From Salisapilia sapeloensis CBS 127946 (lineage: Eukaryota; Protista; Oomycota): a stretch of DNA of 64,000 nt. The position numbers and the translations under genes were made by a program. Within the stretch, counting starts at the first letter, position 1. Every line of letters starts with the position of its first letter. The stretch is from contig JAADVB010000051.1 in NCBI GenBank assembly GCA_023334545.1, positions 27,444-91,443 on the forward strand, read 5' to 3'. Below the pieces are notes generated by a model. The model was not told the DNA's origin and ran no database searches. It saw only the letters and a program-made list of their open reading frames with translations. Shown here piece after piece: positions 56,244 through 64,000 of this stretch.

Positions 56244-56676
56244 ATGGTTTGTGATCGATGCGAGACCAAGCTGGCTAAAGTGGTTGTGCCGGACAAGTGG
56301 AAAACTGGGGCTCGTAATACGACTGGTGGTAAGGACGGAGGTCGAAGTGTAGGTGGGAATAAACTACTGGAACGAAAGGGCAAAGTTCGCTCGAATCGGT
56401 ACGCTTCACCACGGACCTTGGCTGTTGCAATAGAATGACGTTTATCTCGTGTGTATAGATACAACCCACTTGCAGAGCGGACGTGTAGAATATGCAAAGT
56501 CAAAGTTGGCGAAAACGCACATTATTGTACGAGCTGTGCCTACAAGAAAGGTGAATTCACTTGGCCATATTCATTCTAATCGGTCGGTACTTAACTCATG
56601 TGTAGGCATTTGCACTATGTGTGGACGAAAGGTAGTGGATAAGAAGGAATACAAAATGTCCAAAATGTCTGGTTGA
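56244..56676 (+). CDS. CRIPT: Cysteine-rich PDZ-binding protein CRIPT, 3 exons
   Basis: MVCDRCETKL..V.PDKWK.GARNT, CRICK..HYCTSCAYKKGICTMCG; introns 56399-56458 and 56551-56606. Confidence 0.93.
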
Positions 56677-56817
56677 AGCTGTATTTGATCGTTTCTTTAA
56701 CTGAACTTCTGTGCAAGCATTGAATTTCTTTTTATAGCCATGCCAATTTCTTATCCCGACAGCATGTCTAAGACCATTGTGACGATTCCAATCGCAGCAT
56801 CATAAGTTCCTTTCCAC

Positions 56818-57729
56818 ATGGACAATCAAATGGATGTGAAGGTCAGCACTGATGAGTATAACAAAGCATCGTACATATTAGTACTAACATTATCTACATC
56901 CAGATTTTAGATGCTACGCCAAAGCTAGATGGTAGTCGAACGCCATCTACGTTGTCACCAGAATTCTGTCTCCAATCAGAATCGATACATTCTCCCTTGT
57001 CGATGGATGTGGAGGAGCTATATGCCTCCTACTGTCATCTCCTTTCTACTTCAAACAGCAGTCGACCGAGACGAAAGCCATTTCTACCTGTCATCTCGTC
57101 AGCTCCACCTCGTCGCACAAAGGTACCTTTATTCAAGCCCTCTTCCTAACACGTCTGACGTGTATCAATAGTCCAAGCAAAGGCTGGATGCATCTTCTAC
57201 TACTCAAGCCTATAACGCTCTCGTCCAAGAACAAACGAAACTTGTTGGTACTCTATCATTATCATCTATGACCTTCCCCTCATATTGTCTTTAGGCAGAT
57301 GAATATGCAAAGCAAGCATCCACTAGAGCATATAACAAAGCAGTCTTGCGTCTCGGTTTGCGTCAATTATCGCCTGAAAGTGTGGAAGAACAAAGGAAGC
57401 GGATTCGATTTAATACCTTGCAGAATGAGATCGACATCTTCCAGGAGCATCTAGACCCTTTCATCTACATGAGTCAAACGCCTCGAGAGCACGAGCCATA
57501 CTCGAGCGTCTATCGCCACGTGGCCCACGTCGAAGCCATTCAAGACCTCGGTATTTCCATCTACTCCCTTGGCAGTGTCCAACATGCCGAAGGGGATAAA
57601 GTAGTTACACCCACGTTCCAATCTAGTTTCTTTCGCAAGATCCGTCGTCGAGATGCCGCACACTACATCGACACAGACTTAATTCCTCGTCGACCGAACA
57701 CAAAACGACCTACTCGAACGAAGAGATGA
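56818..57729 (+). CDS. Hypothetical multi-exon protein
   Basis: ORFs 56952, ~57170 and 57346 bounded by plausible GT/AG sites; coherent helical text (EYAKQASTRAYNKAVLRLGLRQ); no family recognised. Confidence 0.45.
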
Positions 57730-58067
57730 AGGCTCGACTAATTCTCGTTGTATTCAACTACACGATGCAAGGAAAGGAAAGAAATTTGTAAAGCGAAAAA
57801 GAAAAGCATTGTCGAGCCTTGCACAGTCCAGGAACGTCCTCTCTCCATGCCGCTCGTCCACCCTCTTTTTCCACTTAATGCATCAAACAATTTGCTTTTT
57901 TTAATCTTTTCATGTTTTCCACCACCTGCCCATGCAAATTCAGCAGGCGAAGGCTACAAGTAGTTCAAGCAAGCAAGTGAGCGGTTCAGTGTCGAAGAGG
58001 TGAAGAACAAGAGTACGGAAGGCGGGGTGCTGTCCTGTGGAAGCTCAAAGTAGGATTCCAAGGAAGC

Positions 58068-59354
58068 CTAGTAGCGCTGGCGGCTCATCGGCTTCGTCTC
58101 GCCGTCGCGTCCAGCAGTCGCCACTCGCGGCGCCGCGTAGCCAGAGTCCATTCCTCCAGCGTGGCGATCACCAGATCGGAACGAGGTTTGGCCGTGTGCC
58201 TGGCCGTCACCACCCTCCTTCATATCGTCACGAACATACACACGGCCCTGCGAAGCCACTGGGCGAGCACTGCGGTCACCGCCAGTCTCACCGCTCGTTC
58301 CCCTTTCGCGACGGCCGCTTCTCTATGAGGTGAAATAGTTAGTTTTCTGTACCATAAACAGTATAAAGATGACAACGTACGAGGTTGAGGACAGTCCAAT
58401 CAAACATGGCGTCGAACTGGAATCCCTTGCGGAAGAAGAGCTCCTTAAAGAGACGCTTGAGGTACGCGTAGTCGGGCTTGTCGTCGAAGCGGAGTGCACG
58501 ACAATACTCAAAGTAAGCACGGAATTCGGCCGGATAGCCCTTGCACAACACCTCGATCGGCGTGTTCATCTTCTTCTCCATAATCTTTTCGTACTTTTGC
58601 TTCTTCGTATTGGCTTTCAGTCCCTGCCACGGAAGACTGCCGCGGATAAAGTACATGAACACATATCCGAGCGATTCGAGATCGTCACGGCGACTTTGTT
58701 CGATACCAACGTGTGTGTTGATGGAGGCATAACGCGCTGTACCGGTCAAATTCTTGTTCTCACGGTACGGAATGTGCTGGTGGGTCTTCGGGTCGCGGTA
58801 TTTCTTTGCTAGACCAAAATCGATGACGTGGACAATCTGCGCCCTTTTGCCAAGACCGATGAGGAAGTTATCCGGCTTAACATCACGGTGGATGAAGTTC
58901 TTCGAGTGGCAGTACTCGAGCCGGCAAAGCAACTGATCTGCGATCATCAGCACCGTTTTCAGCTGGAAACGACGGCCACAGTAGTTGAACAAATCTTCGA
59001 GCGATGGACCCAAGAGGTCAATGACCATGACGTTGTATTCGCCTTCAACACCGAACCATCGCAAAGACGGCACGCCCACTATTCATCATATAAATCAGTC
59101 AAACTGTACATGAATACGTTCGAGAAGCAAGTATACGTACGTCCGCCGTTGAGAATTTTGTAGATTTTCGACTCGTACAAGAGCTGAGGGTGCTTGCTCT
59201 TGACAGACTCGAGTTTGATGCCGACTTCTTCGCCGCTGGTCATGTTCGTACCGAGATAAATGTCTCCAAAGGATCCACTGCCAATCTTACGGCCGAGACG
59301 GAACTTCTTTCCGACACGTAGCTCGAGCGAGCTTTCACGTGGGTGGGAACTCAT
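58068..59354 (-). CDS. CK1: Casein kinase I (delta/epsilon-like), 3 coding exons
   Basis: [64 protein letters not shown]; Gly/Arg-rich tail exon ending at 58068. Confidence 0.97.
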
Positions 59355-60051
59355 ATCTACACATGTACGGACACAAGGTCAGCAACTTGAATATTTGTGG
59401 TATGTCACACAGGGGGACTGCGAATTGGTTCCCATATTAAAGAGCGGGGAACCCGTTCGAGTCTCTGCCCTGTCGTGGTGCGTCGTAAAGCGTCGTACCT
59501 GTGGGAGAAAAAAGATTTGAAGAAGAAACTTGTAAAGTTGCCGCTGTGCTACGGAATGCGCGGAGGCCGGATGTGGGTAGAGGACTGGGAGATGAGTCCT
59601 ATGAACGTAGGTAGGATGGAGGCAGGTATGCGTCGAAAGCGTCCAAAAGGGTTTTCTGGGCTCTTGACGTCGAGGAAGAAGGGGGCGGGCCGGAACCGGA
59701 ACTGCTCTTTTCGTTCGCTTTTGCTTTCTTCTTTTGCGACAGCCCCTCAGCCGGTCGCTCCATACAAAACCTCCCTTCCACACGTAACTTACGTGCACAC
59801 CCATCACTCGTAATTGTCTCACATAGACAATTGCAGTGAAACCTATACAATCTTTCTGAGTGCTTACATAAATGACGAATTTATTTGATGTCAAGTCTGC
59901 GTTTCAAACCTGGTACGACCATACTGAATCCAAGTCCGGTGGATTTTTCCGGCCTCGCACGACTGGCTCTACTGTACCGCGACGTCTCATTCAAGTACGA
60001 AAGCGACATCTTCCCGGCAGCTATCGCCAGAGCCTCAAGATGCGCCGAACG

Positions 60052-60961
60052 ATGGCCAAGACGGCTGCGAATGTGCGTAGTACTGCTGCTAGTGGCTCCG
60101 TCGTGTACGAGTCCGATCGTGCTGGTCACGAGTACCTTCAATTCCACTATGGTTCGTTACTACATACGCCCATGCGCCGTATCAGTATTCTCAATCGATC
60201 AACTAGCCAAACCGGATGAAATTGCCCCCTACGAGTGTGCACCACAAGACGCACTAGAGTTTCTACCGCGTAGTGTTCAGCACGCAACTAACTTGGTGCC
60301 AGAGCAGCAGAGGAAACGGGCTCTGGATCTTGGATGTGCTGTCGGTCGTGCTTCGTTCGAGCTGAGTGAACACTTTGACGAGGTCATCGGGATCGATTTC
60401 TCCCAAAAGTTTGTCGACTTGGCGAATGAAATGAAAACGAAAGGCTCCATGGAGTACACGACGCTTGTGCAAGGTGAAGTGATGGAAACGAGAATTGCAA
60501 ATGTGCCTACAAACGCTCGTCCGACGAATGTCTCGTTTCAGCAAGGCGATGCGTGCAACCTTCCTTCCTCATTAGGTATGTTCTACGCTATCACTGGCCA
60601 TACAAGATACTTAGAACTGGATAAAATAGGTCAATTCGATGTCGTCTTTGCGTCCAATCTTCTCTGTCGTCTACCGGAACCAGCTCAATTTCTCGACACA
60701 ATTGCCCACTTCCTCCAGCCAGGAGGCATCCTCGCGCTCATAAGTCCCTACTCATGGCTAGAAGAGTACACGCCGAAAGACAAGTGGATTGGGGGTGTCG
60801 AAGACGCCAACGGTCAAGTCGTCGACAGCTTCTCCGTCGTCCAGCAGCACCTATCGTCCTTCCAGCTAGAAGCTCGTCAAGACTATCCGTTTATGATCCG
60901 AGAACACGCTCGTAAATTCCAGTGGGGTGTCTCGGACGGAACGTTCTGGCGAAAAGAATAA
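60052..60961 (+). CDS. Stand-alone SAM-dependent methyltransferase similar to the C-terminal 5-thiohistidine N-methyltransferase domain of OvoA
   Basis: YESD....YLQFHY, RALDLGCAVGRASFELS, GIDFSQKFV, F.QGDACNL, NLLCRLPEP, SPYSWLEEYTPK..WIGG; introns 60152-60206 and 60576-60629. Confidence 0.8.
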
Positions 60962-61099
60962 CAAGATTGTGCAGATTGCCAACTCCTTGCATGTTGTCTT
61001 CTGGAGTTTGGTTCAAAACAAGTGAAAATTGCTACCTATCTTCTTTCCACTTACAAGGGGGAAACAATGAGAAAAAACTTATCATATCACATGTGCATG

Positions 61100-61825
61100 T
61101 CAGGCATTCACACCTAGTGCCACCGCGCTACGTCGCTTTTGACCCGAGCGTCCATTGTTCGAGTACGACACGCCATTCTTCTTCTGACCGTTGCCATTCG
61201 GTGCGGGGCTCGACTCGCCATCGTCCAACTTGCGTCTCCTTGCGTGATGCACAGGTTCCTCCGGCTGGACATCCGTGACGTAGACTAGTTCGCCATCGCG
61301 CTCCGTCACGTAGTGGCGAAAGCCGCTGATGGCGCTGGCACTTGTGAAAATATAATGCGTCGCGAGTTGGTTGTAATAGTGGGCAAATGTGTCGGAGCGA
61401 ACGTGGAGGCTGAAGTTGATCAGCAAGAGGTACTCCAGCTCGAGCTCGTTCATCTCGATGCACGGGACACCGCCGACTTTGGCGTAGTAGGCGTTGTTGA
61501 AATAGTGGTCGTCGAAGAACTTGGCCGCGAGGACGACGCTCGTCACGAGGACACGGTGGACGTTCAAGTCGGTCAACTGAAAGCCCTGGAGCTGGTGGAG
61601 ACGGTCCATGTACACGAGTGCGAGGACGAAGCACTCTGGGCTGCAGGACGCATACTTGTGGATTCGCGTGAGGTAATCTCGAATCGAGATGCCGGGGGCA
61701 CGAAACGCGTCGAATTTCGACCGGGGCGCTCGGGCGGCGTCGCTCGAGCGGACCATGGACTCGACGACGACTGCGAGTGTCTGTACGATGGCGCGGCCGC
61801 GCTCTTCGCTGTCCTGTAAGTCCAT
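61100..61825 (-). CDS. Cyclin, P/U (PHO80-like) type
   Basis: PGISIRDYLTRIHKYASCSPECFVLALVYMDRL, LNVHRVL, AKFFDDHYFNNAYYAKVGG, MNELELEYL. Confidence 0.93.
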   Translation of the reverse strand: MDLQDSEERGRAIVQTLAVVVESMVRSSDAARAPRSKFDAFRAPGISIRDYLTRIHKYASCSPECFVLALVYMDRLHQLQGFQLTDLNVHRVLVTSVVLAAKFFDDHYFNNAYYAKVGGVPCIEMNELELEYLLLINFSLHVRSDTFAHYYNQLATHYIFTSASAISGFRHYVTERDGELVYVTDVQPEEPVHHARRRKLDDGESSPAPNGNGQKKNGVSYSNNGRSGQKRRSAVALGVNA

Positions 61826-63138
61826 ATTGAATAGGCACGTTGAGTTGTGCTGCGCAATGAGCGCAATTGGAGACTGTCGAAGCAATACTCGTTCGTTGGA
61901 CAGTCGGAACCTCGAGATGCGCTGTAGACTAGTGTGAAGCTACGAGCGCTCGAAGAAGTTGGTACAGGCGGGTGCTTGCTGAAAATGGAGCGAGGGAAGG
62001 AGAAGCGGAGGAAAGAGGAGCTCGGGAGACCACCAAGTTCTGTCTGAGAGAAAAACGAAAATATGGCGAAAGACGATTGGTCATATGGACCGCGACATTT
62101 CAAGCTGCGTATATTCCGACCGCGAGTTGGCGAAGAGATCAAGAGGAAACGAGATAATAACAAGATTTGATATTGATAGACACACTCGTATGAAGTAGGT
62201 AGACGATCGAGCATGGCCATGTCGACGGAGACATGCAGTGGCAATTTGTGAACTATGGTCTATCCCACGTACCCTTCGTGATGTCGGCGGGAGAAGAGCG
62301 AGGTTGCTGCGATACAAGTTGCGTTAATGGGTGGTCATTGACGCCACATCGGCGCATTCTTTGTATGATAAGTTTCTTGTCCTATACACGCAGCAATGCG
62401 CGAGCAATGTTTACTGTCCAAAAATGCGTTTCGAGATTCTTTTCGTCTTTCATAGTGTCTCTCAAAGATCGAATTACCAGATACTCAAGAGGCCAACTCT
62501 TCTGCAGCAGACCTACAGATACACTTTGGTATCAAGTATATACACTGATGAGCACCTTCCATGGTCTATGCTCATGTTTTGGCTCTCTAAATTGCCATTA
62601 CTAGTCCCTGCTACGTCATGTGACAATGCGATGGATTATTCCTACTTTCTACGTCAACAGTAACCTTCCGCTGAGTTGCATTCAATGCAATTGTCTCAAC
62701 ATATTGCTGTATCGGCTCAAGTTGTTCTGTGATAAAAAAGTTGCTATAGGAACCTTTGCTGCCTTAACACTCAAGACACCAGCAACATAGAGAGCATGCG
62801 CTTCAGTCTTTGTACATTTACTAATGGCTCCAAAGTGTCTTATGTAACTTGCATGGATGCTTGCTACGCAGAACGTTTCCTTCAGTCCATGATCCTTCAG
62901 ATATGGTGGCAAAGCTTCCTCAAATCAATCTTCATCGGAACTCATTGTATTAATCGACCAAAGTAGCCATTCGCTACTCGTACGCTCCAACTTGCTATAA
63001 TGGAGGACGATTGATCAATTACAAGACTATCGACCAGATCGTATACTTTCGACTCTTTCAACACGTCCAAAGAGACCCAAATACGAAGATCAAGTTGAAG
63101 ATTGATTGTTGAATACAGTATGTCTACCTATCCATCGC

Positions 63139-63697
63139 TTACAAGTCATCCATGGCCATCGCAGTGGCTCGGATAGGCTGATACGCCTCCACCGACTTGC
63201 CTGCTGCCATCTCTGCTTCTTTCTGACTGTACTGCTTTTGCGCCACATCTTTCATTCTACATGAAAATGGATTAGTAAGCTCTGACATGTTGCGAGTCCA
63301 TTTTAAGCTAGGTATACCTTCGTTTGTGCACCTTGGTACGCAGGTGAACGTCTCTGGTTTTGGCGTCAATGAAATGGCGTCCACATGGAGTACAGTAGTA
63401 TTGACCCATTCTAAATTTGCAACTTTAGCCAGGTTGTTCTATAAAAGTTTATATGCTATACGATGCATACCCTGGCAAGTCTTCATCCTTTTCAATTTCA
63501 AGCGGCTTTCCTGTCGCTTTCTCAAGCTTCAGATCATCCTTTGGAGCACATTAGCACTGCATATGAAGCTTTATTACGCCAAACGGGCATACCTGAATCT
63601 GGTCGATATCACGAGATCGACGCTTAGTAGCATGTGACTTCTTGTACTGCTTATTCTTGGTATTCGCACGCTTCTTCGGATGTGTCCTGCCTCCCAT
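63139..63697 (-). CDS. BUD20: BUD20/ZNF593 C2H2 zinc-finger pre-60S factor, 4 exons, 127 aa
   Basis: Exons 63593-63697, 63471-63538, 63318-63410 and 63139-63256 splice to [42 protein letters not shown]; largely missed by the ORF track. Confidence 0.92.
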
Positions 63698-63750
63698 GTT
63701 CGACTGTTATTTCTGTGTCCACGATTGAGGTGCAATATGATATACAAAAT

Positions 63751-63763
63751 GATTGGCTGAAAA
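63751..63763. promoter_or_regulatory. Extended CCAAT box upstream of BUD20
   Basis: GATTGGCTGAAAA, exact reverse complement of 28757-28769; ~54 nt from the ATG. Confidence 0.6.
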
Positions 63764-63930
63764 TGACATGGTACAAGAGTGGCGCAATTAGATTAGTTTT
63801 GTTCTTCTCGGCATGCGAATGAGTAGGTTCAGTAGTGCAGTGCCCTTCTTAGATTATTTGTCCAGTTAACGCATAGGATGGCGACGCGCAGTAGGACAGG
63901 TAAAAAGATTGGATGTCAAAAATGGAAGCG

Positions 63931-63938
63931 AAAAAGAA
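63931..63938 (-). terminator. RNA polymerase III terminator (T-tract) of tRNA-Cys
   Basis: TTCTTTTT immediately after the discriminator base on the minus strand. Confidence 0.75.
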
Positions 63939-64000
63939 AGCGCGAGACCGGATTTGAACCAGTGACCCTTCGAGCTGCAATCGAATGCTCTACCACTGAG
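63939..64000 (-). tRNA. trnC-GCA: tRNA-Cys(GCA), 5' ~10 nt beyond the window edge
   Basis: Minus strand CTCAGTGGTAGAG (D arm), TTCGA-TTGCAGC-TCGAA (anticodon GCA), ACTGG-TTCAAAT-CCGGT (T arm), acceptor strand CTCGCGC and U73 discriminator typical of tRNA-Cys. Confidence 0.95.

Noticed and set aside
68-60961. Possible His/Cys/ovothiol pathway cluster (HIS7 + SerK-like + OvoA-type methyltransferase)
   Set aside because: The genes are spread over 60 kb with more than 25 unrelated genes between them, and no sulfoxide synthase or C-S lyase is in the window. The chemical link is suggestive only.
62200-63100. Fragmentary ORFs, one faintly protease-like (CASVFVHLLMAPKC)
   Set aside because: Similarity is too weak and interrupted to support a call without a search.

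Overview
Gene-dense eukaryotic nuclear DNA, almost certainly from an oomycete. The evidence is short (mostly ~50-110 nt) GT-AG introns with GTACG/GTATG/GTAAG donors and CTAA/CTGAC branch sites, an oomycete-type Inr/FPR promoter element, oomycete-type START-FYVE-GAF and M96-like genes, and HA-repeat proteins. The species cannot be determined from sequence alone. About 30 protein-coding genes were reconstructed by hand-splicing the ORF track: HIS7, an MFS transporter, acetyl-CoA synthetase, CNNM, signal peptide peptidase, PI4K, GNPTAB, VPS20, a CEP295-like protein, COX16, HMGCL, an SLC25 carrier, an inositol 5-phosphatase, a kinesin, GABA-T, KRI1, CRIPT, CK1, cyclin-P, BUD20 and others. The window also holds two decayed pseudogenes (a trypsin-like protease and an HA-repeat protein) and a tRNA-Cys cut by the right edge. 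No transposon, CRISPR array or rRNA was seen. The most unusual items are (1) a eukaryotic protein made of two tandem SerK-like (ParB-fold serine kinase) domains, (2) a stand-alone OvoA-type mercaptohistidine methyltransferase, (3) a probable CEP295/Ana1 orthologue, and (4) a full-architecture GNPTAB sharing a 93-nt bidirectional promoter with VPS20. All family assignments come from motif recognition by eye; no database search was run.
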